A stretch of DNA of 64,000 bases from a bacterium (GCA_965213685.1 CBDBZY010000051.1:128001-192000); one strand, 5' to 3'. Shown: positions 1 through 38,145, counted from the first letter of the stretch. A program made the numbers and translations. Notes: generated from the sequence alone by a model not told the origin.

Positions 1-3488
<3,488 letters not shown>

Positions 3489-3749
3489 TCATCAAACTCA
3501 CTTTTCTTCAAGCCAAATCACGCTAGAGCTTCATACCTGTGTGTACATCCCTTTAGCCACACCCCCACCCACAGCGTGCCCAGTCATCAGTCAAGTAATA
3601 AAAATGCTCTCAGTACAGTCAGTCGGTGATGATGAGGGGGAACTGATGTACAAAACTTCATGTCAGTTGCCATGATACAAATGTGGCACCCACTCACTAT
3701 CCCAGCAACAGTGCTGGTGTGTGCAGGTGGCATTGGTGTGCGTGCATCG

Positions 3750-6700
3750 TGTCAGTTTGTGTGTCTGGCCATGGCTACCTGGCTAGTGCAGGATTTGAAG
3801 GTGTCCTGTGAAGGATGGCTGGCTGCTCTGCAGGCATTGGCATAGCAACACCACATCTGGACTGGCAGAGAAGTGGGAAAGAGCCCGGAGACCCTGTATG
3901 TTATGTCATGTGATGTCACATGATGTCACCACTAATGGGTCACTTACATTGCCCTCCTCAATGGCTCTGGCAAGTGATGCAGTGAAGAGGCTATCCAGAT
4001 GAGCCAGATAGCTGAGCAGAGCTGGGGAGGGGGGGGGTGCTGAGGTGAGCAGGGAGGAGGGGGAGGAGGAGGAGGAGGAGGAGGAGGAGGAGGAGGAGGA
4101 GGAGGAGGAGGGTCTCACCTATGGCTGGTGCTAAACATGATGGTTCCACACCATCCATTACTCTCAGCACACAGGAGAGGTCCAGATTATCATAGACACA
4201 CCTGAGGAGGGGCTCAGAGGAGGAGATACCGAACACACACACACACACACACACACTGCTCGTGCCTACCTCACTACCCCCATCTGGTCTGAGGTGCTCC
4301 AGTTGGCACTGGCCACTAGCACCATGCCCAGGACCGCGGCCACCTGGAGAGGTGGGCAGTGAGTGCTGACAACATGTTTACAGCTGGCCTGCACGTGTCC
4401 CGTTTCACCTCTGCCAGCACAGGACCAGAGCAGCTGCACTTGAGGAGGGAGCACAGCATTCCAACAGCTGTTACTATGGTGTCAGTTGTGATAGAGTGCT
4501 TGTGTGTGGGGTGACTGGTGAGGGGTGATGATCGAGAGTGTTGGGAGATTGCAACAAGGGATATGCGAAGAGCTTGGTGTAGAGTGTGTATTAAATGGAG
4601 TGTGGCCCCACCCACCCAGTGGGGGGAGGTAGTGGGTGTGGTCAGGTGCTCCAGGAGAGAGATGAGCCAGTCCAGCAGAGACGAGGAAGAGGAGGGGGGG
4701 AGGGGGAGGTGGGGGCAGTCCTGATGGGGAGCAGCACTGCAGAGGAGGGCAATCTTCTCCAGTGAGCTGAGGTGGGCAGTGAAGACACAATGTCATGCAA
4801 GTGATGCAGAGCAGTCTGCCATGATCCACTCACCACTGGCAGCTGCTCAGAGTGTGCCCGACTTTTTGAAGCACTTCACGCAAGCCTCCTTCCTCCCCTC
4901 GCCCCTCCCCCCTGTCCTCATTTCTCTCCTCCTCTCTCTCCTCCCCACCTCCCTCTCCTCTCTCCTCCCAACCTCTCTCCTCCCCACCTCCCTCTCCCCT
5001 CTCCTCCCCACCTCCCTCTCCCCTCTCCTCCCCACCTCCCTCCCCTCTCTCCTCCCCACCTTCCTCCTCTCTCTCCTCCCCACCTCCCTTCACTTGCTCC
5101 CCTCCAGGCGGACAGGGGAGTCCATCCTCTGTGCTATCCCGTGTTCTGGTCTCCATGTTGTCACGGTGCTTAGCAACCACTTCCACCTCTGCTCCCTCTC
5201 TGCTAGGCACGCTGCATGTGGCAGTCGGTGGTAGTGGGCGTGGCCATGCAGGCAGGGGGGAGGAGGGGGGCTGGGGAGAGGGTGAGGGGAGGTGGGAGAA
5301 GTGGAGGAGATTCAGCGGAGGGAGTGGTAGAAGGGGGCAGTGTGTGATTAGCGTCCATAGCATTGTGTCGGTGTGAAGGGTACCTGGTGGAGAGGGGAGG
5401 ATGTGTGAGGGGGGGAGGGAGATGGTGCTGGGTGGTTTTGTGACTCGCCACCCTCCACCATCTTCATGAGGCGGTAGGGAGGGATGGAGAATAGGGAAGG
5501 ATGGAGGTAGGGAGGGATGGAGGATAGGGAGGGATGGAGGTAGGGAGGGGTGGAGGTAGGGAGGGGTGGAGGATAGGGAAGGATGGAGGTAGAGAGGGGT
5601 GGAGGTAGGGAGGGATGGAGGTAGGGAGGGGTGGAGGTAGGGAGGGGTGGAGGATAGGGAAGGATGGAGGTAGAGAGGGGTGGAGGTAGGGAGGGATGGA
5701 GGTAGGGAGGGGTGGAGGATAGGGAAGGATGGAGGTAGGGAGGGGTGGAGGATAGGGAGGGATGGAGGTAGGGAGGGGTGGAGGTAGGGAGGGGTGGAGA
5801 ATAGGGAAGGATGGAGGTAGGGAGGGATGGAGGATAGGGAGGGATGGAGGTAGGGAGGGGTGGAGGATGTTCACATCCAGGTCTAATGGAGGAAAGGGAA
5901 GGATGGAGGTAGGGAGGTGTGGAGGATAGGGAAGGATGGAGGTAGGGAGGTGTGGAGGATAGGGAAGGATGGAGGTAGGGAGGGGTGGAGGTAGGGAGGG
6001 ATGGAGGTAGGGAGGTGTGGAGGTAGGGAGGGATGGAAGGATGTCAAGATGAAGAGAGAGCCCATGGTGGTGACCTACAGCTGCTCACAAAGGGGTGGTG
6101 CAAGAGGTGTGGCCAGGAGAGTCGGCGCTGAGGGTCTTTGTGCAGCAGACCTTGGAGGAAACCCCTACAATTAGTGCTCAAATTGGAAGGCCACTGCACT
6201 TCATCTCTTACAATCATCTTGTGGATAGTGGAAGAGAGAGAGGAAGAGGGAAGGGAGAGGGTGGGGGTGGAAGGGGAAGAGAGAGGCCACACTGTGACTG
6301 ACACCGGTGCCTCTCCCATCCTCTCTCCTCACATCAGCCACTTACCTTTACTAGTTTGACAACACTGTTGGTGTAGAAAGGAGGGAGGCCTGTTAGCAGC
6401 TCGTAGAGGATGCAGCCAAGTGACCACAGGTCTGTGGTGTGTGTGTATGGCTGCTCCTGGACCAGCTCCGGAGACATGTAGAGAGGAGTGCCTTTTATGG
6501 AGGTCAGCACCAGACTGTGGGCACTCATGGCTCGGGCAAAGCTGGAGGAGGAGGAAGAGGGTTAGAGTGGTGGGGAGGGAAGGTGCTCAAGGAAGAGAGG
6601 AGGGAGAGGAGGGGGAGGAGGGAGGCTCACCCAAAGTCACAGAGCTTCACTTGTCCTCCCTTTCCCAGAAGAATGTTCTGTGGCTTCATGTCTCTGTGCA

Positions 6701-7274
6701 GAATGCGATGGCAGTGCAGGTAGCACAGAGCAGACACCAGCTGTCCGGCAATGGCCTGCACCTGGAGAGGAGGGAGGGAGGGAGGGAGGGAGGGAGATCG
6801 GGGGAGGTAGCAACTCAGTCCTGCCACACGTACCTGGCTCTCAGGAAGCACCTTGTCGTCTTGAAGAACTTGAAACAGGTCTCCCTCAGCATACTCCGTC
6901 ACCACACACACCTGCACACCTGCCATCATCACAATGCCTCCAGTTCCCCTCCCCTCCCCTCCCCCCCTCACCTCTGTCTCGTTCTGGAACCAGTCGTACA
7001 GCTGGATGATGTTCGGGTGCTTGAGGCCGGCCATGATGCTGATCTCCCTGCCCAGAGCCGCCAGCTCGTCCGCCTTCTTGTTCACTTTGGGAATGAACTT
7101 GAGAGCAACGACCTGCACGCATGCGGTACTGCTGCCGGTTAGGGGGCGGGGCAGCGGTGGAGTGTCTCCGCCTAGCAGAGCTCAACTTGCCTGTTTGCTG
7201 CTCCGCAGACGGCCTCGGTACACCCTTCCGAACGAGCCTTCTCCGATCAGCTCCAGTACATGGTAATCCTCCAT
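3750..7274 (-). CDS. STK36: Serine/threonine kinase 36 (Fused) homolog; 3' end approximate
   Basis: ATG at 7274 gives [22 protein letters not shown], then [72 protein letters not shown] and [24 protein letters not shown]. These are Fused/STK36-type kinase motifs. The frame of the last exon is uncertain. Confidence 0.9.
5470..6045. repeat. Intronic purine-rich minisatellite (TAGGGAGGGATGGAGG-type units)
   Basis: About 570 bp of tandem degenerate 16-17-bp units inside an STK36 intron. Confidence 0.9.
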
Positions 7275-7361
7275 CCCTCCCGCAGCTGCATCTACCTGTC
7301 CACTGCGCAGGCTATAGCTGAGCTCACTGCGCAGAATTTGAATTTGATTCCGACAGTCACC
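7275..7361. promoter_or_regulatory. Putative bidirectional promoter STK36/TRMT61A
   Basis: 87 bp separate the divergent ATGs. Two CACTGCGCAG motifs (~7301, ~7325) are present. Confidence 0.6.
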
Positions 7362-8995
<1,634 letters not shown>

Positions 8996-9209
8996 CCTTG
9001 AGTCTCAGCCTCCCAAACTGTCTTGGTTGTGTGTGTATGTATATTGTGTGCGTGTAGTAATGCATAGATATGTCCATAATGTGTATGTATGTGTAAGTGT
9101 GGTGCGTAATTGCATACTATTAGCGCCCCCCCGTGGAAAGTTATGCAGGTATTGCTGACCAGCTCCGCCCTTTGATGTGCGCGGAAGTGCGTGAAGAACG
9201 AGAGCTGCG

Positions 9210-13767
<4,558 letters not shown>

Positions 13768-13969
13768 TTCCTTTTAAAGACAGTTGATGAATAATTATTA
13801 TCATTGTCATCAGCAGACATACATGATATTGTACTTGTGTGTGTGTGTATTATAGTTGTGTATGACAATCTGATGCAACTGAGCTGTTGCCAGTGGTGGT
13901 GGTGGGTGTGGCCACTGCATGAGGTGCGGTGAAGTGAGGACTGACATGAGGTGATGTAGTGTCATGTGA

Positions 13970-15720
<1,751 letters not shown>

Positions 15721-16260
15721 GTCTCCTCTGCCACTCTCCAGCCACTGACTCTCTGTCCCTAGCTTCCAACCTACTGGACTACTGGCTAACTACGTATACC
15801 AGTCACCACATACACACACACACACACAGAAGTACTAGTGCGCCAACAGAGCACCCCCATACAGGGCTAGTTGCATTCCTGAGAGGGGAGATTGGCACCA
15901 ATCACTCAGCAGCAGCCCACAAACTGCGGAGGCTGGGCCTGGCTCTGAGCGGTGGCAGAAGGCAATGGCATAACTTCACACCTGCCCCACAATAGCCCAC
16001 TACCATCACCACCCCATGCACTGTGAATCAGCAGTGGAACAGTTCAATGAGAGTACAGCCAACACACACTCAACACCCATGATGATCTGGTGATTATATA
16101 TCACAGTACAGGTATATATGGAGGGGACCAGGATACGTACACACAATCACGTACATACATGTATACATGTACATGGAGCACACTGCATGGAGCCACACAA
16201 GGAACAAGACACTGAACTCTGGGATAAAAATAGCACTCTGATATTGCTATATATGGATAA

Positions 16261-16304
<44 letters not shown>

Positions 16305-16412
16305 GCTAGCTCATACATCACATGGAGCATCACACTGTACAGTTAATAGTGAGAGGCAACAGGTATGGTGGGGGAGGACTGAGCACCAAATTTTAAACAG
16401 GGAGGAGAGGGA

Positions 16413-25599
<9,187 letters not shown>

Positions 25600-25972
25600 C
25601 TCTCTCCGCGATCTGATCGCCTCTAGACTTTCTCCCATTCGATAGTGTTCCCGTCAGGACGCCAGCGCTGAGATCGGCCTGCGACTTGTATCCCAACTCC
25701 CGAAGGAACACGAGTTGCACTTTTGTCTTCAAATTCCGCGCGGGGGAGGTGCCGCTGCGTCGAGTGGATTACGGAACGCGGTACGCGGTACGGACAGGAC
25801 GTGGACTGTCCACATTCCGGTTCTGAGCACGTCATCGTACTATTCATGGCGATCACAACAGAGCGTACAATAACACTGAACAGTAGCAAAGTGATTGGAC
25901 ACAGAGGCTGTCAAACACACGCACACATGTACAGGGGAGCTCCATAGCTATAGAGCCAGCAGTCCCAGCTAG

Positions 25973-29999
<4,027 letters not shown>

Positions 30000-30185
30000 C
30001 CCCGCGGCTCAATAATAGACGCCGTCTACGCTTACACAAGCGCATACCAGGAACGTTTGCACTTGGTATTCTTCGTGTACATAATGTCATACCTACATGA
30101 TGAGGTACAAGTTGACTACGCCCCCAGCTCAGCTGCCACTGGTAGACACGGCTGGTCAGAGATGAAAGGAAAACTAATAACCTGT

Positions 30186-31016
30186 CTAGCTAGTGAGAGT
30201 TCTCTGCAAGTTCTCAGCCAGTACACCAAACCCTGCCTCAGACAGAGCTGAGATGAGATTCCTCCAAGTTGGCTGAAGGGTGCCCTCAACCCCTTGCAGC
30301 CAGCGGCCCAGCATGTCCAGACATGCCCCTGCCACGTCTCCAGCATGGTCCCTTTGTATCTGCCTCAAAACTGGATGCTCAAAGTGGAGAGAAAGTGCAA
30401 CATCTTCCCACTGGGAGGCCGTTCTCTCCACCACCTTGACACTGTCCAGTTTCTTCAACTCATGCAGCTTTGGTATCTGGTCTGTAGGAGGGACTCAATC
30501 ATCACTGCTGGGGGAGGGGAAGGGGGGGAGGGGGTAGCTTACCTATTTTGGGGATAGCCGCCACTGTGGGGAGGGGGCAGTACAGAGACAGGGTTAGGGC
30601 GTGCATAGTTTCAGCTGTCTGTGTCCATGCCTTCCTCACCCGGCGCCCCGGCCGTGGGGGGCTGGGAGCTGACGTACTTGACCTCAATCGCTTGGGCTAC
30701 ATCCCCGCAATCCACCGTCGCAGACCTCAGGGCCTTCACCAGCGCCCCCCAAGTGGGCGGCGGGTCCGCCCTCTTCAGCCAGCACGTCAGCATCTCTCTC
30801 AGCCTGTCCCCCGCCTTTGCGTTGTCTGCCTCGATGGCCGCTAACGTGGCTTGGGACACTTTCAGCGCCAGCCCCACGTTCTTCCACTGGGGCCGGGCAT
30901 CCCACGCCGCCTCCAGCACATCGGCTAGGGCATCAACATCCAGCCCACCTGCAGCAGGTACGTGACGTGCGCTGGCATAGCAGCTTTCCCCGCCTCCCTG
31001 TCAACTTACTAGCCAT
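30186..31016 (-). CDS. Protein made of two tandem Death-fold domains (4 exons incl. 21-nt micro-exon)
   Basis: Domain 1: ARPQWKNVGLALKVSQATLAAIEADN...LREMLTCWLKRADPPPTWGALVKALRS. Domain 2: ASQWEDVALSLHFEHPVLRQIQRD...CLDMLGRWLQG...PTWRNLISALSEAG. Exon 1 is ATGGCTA|GTAAGT, and the micro-exon at 30543-30563 keeps the frame. Confidence 0.85.
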
Positions 31017-31153
31017 CGGCGCCAGGGAAGTTCCCCTTACAAAACGATTTGTACACGCCCAACGCTATGTGAGTATGATAACAATACCGGATCACACACA
31101 TAAGCGCTCTAGCTGACAGTAACGGTGGTAGGCGGCTAAGAGAGTCCATTTCT

Positions 31154-34053
31154 CTATTCTCCTTTCAAAGAAGACATGCCAGCCTTCATTATCTCATCCA
31201 CCAACAGTAGGTTGCCAGCAATTGTGGTGCTATAGGAAGGCAGAGGGGAGAGAGGATGGGGAGAGGAAAATTAGGCACACTGTAGGTAGCGTCCAGTAGG
31301 TGGCTGACCATGAGTGCAGGAGTTGCTTCTTGACTCGGTAATTGTCCCATATCCCCTCATCAGCTGGGATGATTGCCTCCCCTGAGACAGGCACACATGT
31401 GGTACATAAGAAGGTACATACTCCTCTGGCAAACAGGTATACCTGTGGACACATCCAGTCCAACTGGTTGCTTGGAGCGGACAAACTCGTCTTGTAGCTT
31501 CATAATCGTGTCCTGAGGGTCAAAGCCAGAGTTCTGTGCTAGCGTCTTTGGAATAATCATTAGAGCATCGGCAAAGGCCTTCAGAGAGAAGGGAGAGAGG
31601 GAAGGAGAGAGGGAGGGAGAAAGATAGCATGAAAGGTGAATCAAATGAAACAGCCTGCATACCTTCACTCCGTACTTGGCTCTGCCAGGCACAGTGTTGA
31701 TGAATTCAGCTGATGTGAGTGCCGCGTGTGCGGCCACCTCAAAGGCCCCAGCTCCCGGCACCACACTGCCGTCCTCCAGCGCATTCTTCACAGCCCTGAG
31801 GCCATCGTGGACAGCATCTTTGATCTGAGTGATGGTGTGCTTGTTAGGGCCTGAGGAAAAGGAGTGTCAGTCAGAGATCCAGTGTGAGGTGACCCCACTT
31901 GCCTTTGATCAAAATGGTCACCGACTGTGGATTGGTGAGCTCTTCAACGAATGTGTACTTCTCCTCTCCCTGCAAGTGTGGCCGGTCAGTGAGGGAGAGG
32001 GAGTCAGCCAGGCACAGAGACAGGGGGAGGGGCCGGGCAGAGGATGACTCACCAGCACATGCTCATACACCACGCCAGCATAGCCGAGGCACTCCGGCGT
32101 GAGCTCATCCAATGAGTTCATGGCCACGCCCCCACAGGCCAGCGTGAGCCTCTCCATGTTCCTCCGCTTGGCTCTACGCAGCGCCACAATCCCCTCCCGG
32201 GCCAGCAGGTCCAGAGAAATGGGATCTATTCCCTGAGGGAGGGAGGGAGGGAGGGAGGTATACCACCGCTTGGCTTGTGAAGCAACACACCTTCTGGTTG
32301 ATTATTACAAATCCCTTCTTAGTACCATTGCAGACCTGCAGCACAGCAAGAGACATTTGTCACACCCACTATGACATCTCAAACCACACCCACTGAGGCC
32401 ACACCCACTGACCTTGTTCTTCAGATCAATGACCTTCTGTACCCGGTCATCAACAAACTTCCTCTCAGCAGCCACAAGCTTCTCCCTGTCAATGGCAGAC
32501 TTGTAGAAGAAGCCAGAGTTGACCTCACTGGGTGTGGGTGGGTGGGTGTGTGTGGGAGGAGGGCAGCAGTCTCAACAGGTTGGGCCACAGCCCCGCCCAC
32601 CTTGCTGCTCAGCCCCACCCACCTTTTCTCATACTCCAGGGACACATTGCAGGTGAGGATGTGTGCATCCGACACTCTCTTCTTCATGTCGGGATGGCGC
32701 GCCCCGTGGTCCAGCACCAGCCCCCGCACCAGCCTGCAGGCAGGCACAGCAACACCACCCCTCTCCTGGGAACTGATACCCCTACCCCTCTCTCCTCTTG
32801 ACACCCCCCACCCCCCCCCACCCCTCACCCCCCTCCACCCCCCACCCCCCCACCTTGTGTCGGTGTCTGTCTTGTGCATCATCTCCATGATCTCTACCAT
32901 GTGTAGATCAATAGGCTCCGCCCCCTTCCTCACTGCCAGCACTGCGTCCACCACAACCTGTGGGGGGCAGGGCAGGTGGAGGAGTGGGGAGGGGGGGGGG
33001 AGGGGGAGGGAGGAGGATGGCACAGTGACATATTCTAGGGTGTTAGGGTGCTACCTCAGTGAGGATGTCTGCCACTTTCTGACTGAGTTTGGTTCGTAGC
33101 GATGTTCTCGCCACGTGGACTAGTGTCTCCCTGTCCATTTCATGGCTCACCTTCACCTCCTCCAGTACCTGTCGCACATCACATGTCACCCATCACATGC
33201 CACCCATCACACACCCTAACACGCTCAGCGCAGAGACTCACACTCAGCGTCTTCTCTTTGGCCTTCTCCAGACCCTCTACCAGTATCCTGGGGTGGAGTC
33301 CCTGGGAGGGGGTGTGCAGCCACCGAGGAAGGGGAGGGGAGAGGAGAGGGAGAGAAATGGGAGTTGTAACACAGCAAGCAGTCAGCCCCACAGGCCACAG
33401 TACCTCAGAGATGTACAGGTCTGCCTGCTTGAGGAGCTCCCCAATGATGAGCACATTGGAGGTTGTTCCATCTCCAGTGATGTCATCCTAATGGTTGGCA
33501 CAATGCCCAGCATAATGTGCACACACACACACCTCAGCAGTGCACCAGCCACTGAGGCTGCTATAACTGAACCTCATTGCACTGTGAGGCGAGGCTCGCT
33601 GGGTTGCGACAACACTTATTGACTGATCACTGCACTCTAATGCAGTGATCAGTGAGGCTGACCTGTGCAGTGGCCACTCTGGCGATGAGAGAGGCTGTGG
33701 GGTGCTTGATTTGCTGGGGAAGATGAGGAGCACACACACACACGCACATCGAGTGCCACAGCTAGCTCAACCCGCCCCTTGCCCAACATACCATCTCGTG
33801 CAGGAGAACATTGCCATCTTTGGTCAGCTTGATATCTCCGGCCCCCGACACCAACCTGCGGGGACCAGACAATTTCAGGGACTCATACGTTATGATCTTC
33901 ACCATATTGTGCTCACATTTTCATGGTCCCCTTGGGCCCCAGGTTGGTCTTGAGGACATCCTGGAGTCCTCTGGCGGCCGACGTGTTGATAGCCAGGGCC
34001 TGTGCGGCTCGGGCTACCTCCGCCTTCGGATTCAGAGATCTCACGGCTGCCAT
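31154..34053 (-). CDS. CCT6: T-complex protein 1 subunit zeta
   Basis: [119 protein letters not shown], ending [11 protein letters not shown]. Confidence 0.97.
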
Positions 34054-34155
34054 ACTCACTACGCACACGTGCACGGCTTTTTGCGCATGCGCAATAAAAA
34101 CTTAACACTACTTTGTAGTGCGTGCAATAATTGGGAATCAGCTCGGGCAGCCAGA
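34054..34155. promoter_or_regulatory. Putative bidirectional promoter CCT6/malectin with NRF1-type palindrome
   Basis: 102 bp between the divergent ATGs, with the perfect palindrome TTGCGCATGCGCAA at 34081-34094. Confidence 0.65.
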
Positions 34156-35244
34156 ATGAAGGTGTGCTGGATGGCGTACCTTGCTGCCCCCTCCCTCCTC
34201 TTCCTCCTCATCCTCCCCCTGCCCTCAGCAGCATATGAAGTGGTCTATGCTGTCAACTGTGGCGGAGGAAAGCACACAGACCGGTTTGGGATCAAGTACT
34301 CCAGTGACAGCAACCCAGTGGGAATACCTTCTGACTTTGGTCGAAACTTGATAATCAGTCGAGTGCACCCAGAGGACATGGTGCTGTACCAGACAGAGCG
34401 CTACCACACAACCTCCTTCTCATATACCACCCCACTCAGTGAGGACGGGGAGTATCTCCTCATTCTCAAGTTTGCTGAAGTCTATTTCACAGCCCCAGGA
34501 CAGAAGGTGTGTGGCCACATCCCCAATTAAGTGCAGGTGGTGTTCTTGTGTGTCATTGGCTACCTCTAATGAACAATTGTCACCCCAATTCCCTCCTCAT
34601 CCCCCTTCCGCTCCTCCTCCTCCTCCTCCTCCTCCTCCCCCTCCTCCTCCTCCCCCTCAGATATTTGATGTCAACCTCAATGGGATGACAGTGATCAAGC
34701 ACCTGGACATCTTCTCCAAAGTAGGCAAGGCAGTGGCTCATGACGAGGTAGTGCAGTTCTCTCTGGAAGGAGGGCAGCTCTATGTGACCGGAGGCTCCAC
34801 TGATATTGATGGGGTGCTGTCCATACAGTTTGCTAAGGTGACCTATTACCTCATGTGAGGAGGAGTGTGCCAGCCGTTTCATCTCCCACCACAGGGCCCA
34901 GCAGACAACCCCAAGGTCAATGCTATTGTGGTGGTCAAGGGACCATTCCAGCCAAATGGTATGACAGTATGACAGAATGATTTCCACAGCAGGCCAACTA
35001 AGTCTTCTTCTCCCTCTCAGAGATCCCAGCTCTCCCTCCCCCTCAAGATGCTCCTGACAGTATGGAAGTGGATCCAGACATGGAGTGGGGTGAGCTCGAG
35101 GAGAAGAAGGAGCACAAGTTCACAAAGACCTCAGGCCCCAAGACCCAGAACCCATACATGACAGACGAGAGCTGGTTTATGCCCATCACCATAGCAATAG
35201 CAGTGTTTCTGCCTGTTCTATTCTGTCTGTGTAGGGTGAGATAA
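34156..35244 (+). CDS. MLEC: Malectin
   Basis: Signal peptide, then [70 protein letters not shown] and a C-terminal TM ending FCLCRVR*. Confidence 0.95.
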
Positions 35245-35525
35245 GTCTGGCCAGAGGCCATAGCCAGGCGCAGTGTGAGGGGACACCATCTTCCACACTG
35301 CATACTAGAAACCACTTGTGCGGCAACATACATGAGACATTAGCGGTGGTCACCAAATGTTATTACTATTGTCCATGCAACTGAGAGTCCTGTGCTACAG
35401 TTAAATGGTTTGGAGTTTAGCATAGATAATTATTCTTGGATTTCTGGTGTTAACAAAACTAACTCATGTCAACACTTGACTGGTGAAATGCAACATTAAG
35501 CCACAGAGCACACACAGGCTAGGGA

Positions 35526-36614
35526 TTAGTCCATTTTATTCTTTGCATGTCCGCAGACACAGACACTCCTCCAGATTTTCATGAACCAGTACGTTTCCAA
35601 CACCTGCCAGAGGATCATTGAGATGATGCATATTGAGTGCAGGCCATGGATGGCCTTCACCATGTCCCAGTCATGGTACTGAGCTGCATAGATCAGTATG
35701 CACAATGGCCAGTTGAGGATGCGGGTCACAAACTGCACAATGAGAGTAGCTATGCCAGTCAGCCGATACAGGGTGGTGTGTTGAAGGTTCAACTGCATGG
35801 GAGGGAAGAGCAGTGAGAGGTGAGAATAAATTAAGGCAGCCACAATTACTGTCCGCATAATCTTTTCTCCTATCTCGAGTAGTTCAAAGAAATCCCTGAC
35901 AAAGAACATGCCAATGATGAAGTCTCCCGTGTTGCGCCTCACAGCTGGGTACTGGGGAAGGAGATAATACATCTGAAATGATGGGGAGTTGTCCAGTACA
36001 ACTGCCATACCACCACAAATGGGTATCCGAGGAGGATCAGGGCTAAGTGGTGGACAATTCTTGCCCATCTCTTCTTGATGAATGCTGTTATTCTCTGAAC
36101 AAGCTGAGGGTGCTTCCAGACGTTTTTGTATGAGTAGTCGCTATCATACAGGGCGTACAGATCATAGGAAAAGAATTGGGCCAACCAGTGAGTGCACGGG
36201 ATGAGGAAAGGCGACCTGAAAATTGTGAACAAGCGGACCTCCTTTATGCGGCACCGTCGCCGTTTGGAGTACATTTACGGTGTTATTCACCTGCCAAATA
36301 TACAGTCGTAAGAGGACTGCCACACCACTACCAGACTGCAGCAGTTGGCCACGATTGCATTCACTACGGCCGTGATCCTGAGTACAGTAAGGAGCTGATG
36401 CGTAGCGGTGTCGTTTACGTGTGTCACTGTCAATAATTACTACGTACATAAACGCCATGTGAGCCACTTCTCCGTCCGAGAACTTCAACCTTTGGCCCGC
36501 CTGCCGTCTCAGGATCGGTTCAAATACCATCCGCACAACGAAAGCCTTCATCAGCTGGTAGATGCTGTAGTAGGTTAGCGCGCTACAGCAGAATATGACA
36601 AGGCCACCATCCAT
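35526..36614 (-). CDS. TLC-domain membrane protein (TLCD3/FAM57-like), tandem copy A
   Basis: FFSYDLYALY, RIVHHLALILLGYP, GDFIIGMFFVRDF, LYRLTGIATLIVQFVTRILNWP, LETYWFMKI. Confidence 0.8.
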
Positions 36615-37070
36615 CTTGGCTCGTTTTCTTTCGCAACACACCACCTTCAGACGGCGAGCTAACTCAAAATTGGTTGCTGGAAAAGCCTGCCCTATTATCA
36701 TAGATACTATACCTTACCGTAAGGTATACTATTACCAACACTTTTTGTTTTCCTGGCTGTGGCGTTCTCTTCTATTCCGACTGAACCGCTTACGAGCTTT
36801 GACCGAATCGCGAAGCCAAGCCTAGGCCTATGTGGTTAACACCCACTTAATTTACTGCAACCATAGATGGGATGCTTCCTCTGTGGTGCGAGCCTTAGTG
36901 CGTGGACCGTCGCTGCGCTTGACCGTACATTAAAAACCCATTAGTCAGAATTCTAGTAATTTACTACTAGCTTTCTAACACAGAAACTAAACTGCATAAT
37001 TATGGGCCTATTGGAGTTTAGACATAATGGAACACAAAATTGAACAAGCCATGCAGACACAGGCCAGGTG

Positions 37071-38145
37071 TTAGTCAGACTTCTTCTTCACAAACTTGCA
37101 AGCTTTCCTCAGCACCATCATTAACCAGTACGTTTCCAACACCTGCCAGAGGATCATTGAGATGATGCATATTGAGTGCAGGCCATGGATGGCCTTCACC
37201 ATGTCCCAGTCATGGTACTGAGCTGCATAGACCAGTATGCACAATGGCCAGTTGAGGATGCGGGTCACAAACTGCACAATGAGAGTAGCTATGCCAGTCA
37301 GCCGATACAGGGTGGTGTGTTGAAGGTTCAACTGCATGGGAGGGAAGAGCAGTGAGAGGTGAGAGGGGAGCAGACCTGTCTTGCTCTACCAGCTTCATAA
37401 TTTGTGATCCATGTGCCAATGGGTTGAAGAAATCTCTGATGAAGAACATACCAACAATGAAGTCTCCTACGTAGCGTCTCACAGCTGGGTACTGGAAAGG
37501 GCCAGAGAGACATGAGATGATGAGGAGATGTCCTAAACTATTGCTCACCACCACCAGTGGGTATCCAAGGAGGAACAGGGCTAGGTGGTGAACAACCATC
37601 GACCACCTCTTCTTGATGAATGCTGTTATTCTCTGAACAAGCTGAGGGTACTTCCAGAGATCCTTGTAAGAGTAGTCACTATCGTACAGGGCGTACAGGT
37701 CATAGAGCACGTACTGGGCCCCCCAGTGCGTGAACGGGATGAGGAAAGGTGACCTAGAAATTGTGGACAGGCAGACACAGTTGGCAGGACATTTACTGTG
37801 CTATTCACCTGCCAAATATACAGTCGTGGGAGGCCTGCCACATCACGACCAGACCGCAGCAGCACGTCACAATAGCATTCACCAAGGACGTGACCCTGGG
37901 AGCAGTGAGGGGACTGGTACGTAGCTGTGTCGTACTTGATGAGACGGGCTACATCTCAATAGTATGTACAAATTCGCTATGTGAGCAACTTCTCCGTCCG
38001 AGAGCTTCAACTTTTGGCCAGCCTGCCATTTCAGGATCGGGTCAAAGATCCTCCGCACAAGGAAGCCTTTCATCAGCTGGTAGAGACTGTGGTAGGCTAG
38101 CGCACTACAAGAGAAAACCACAAGACCGTTAAGACCACCATCCAT
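37071..38145 (-). CDS. TLC-domain membrane protein (TLCD3/FAM57-like), tandem copy B
   Basis: Paralog of copy A with the same exon layout: MVVHHLALFLLGYP, GDFIVGMFFIRDFFNPL and a near-identical last exon. Confidence 0.8.

Noticed and set aside
5464-6065. Pro-rich repeat ORFs (HPSLPPS...) resembling extensin
   Set aside because: They lie in an STK36 intron minisatellite. The frame is open only because the repeat lacks stop codons.
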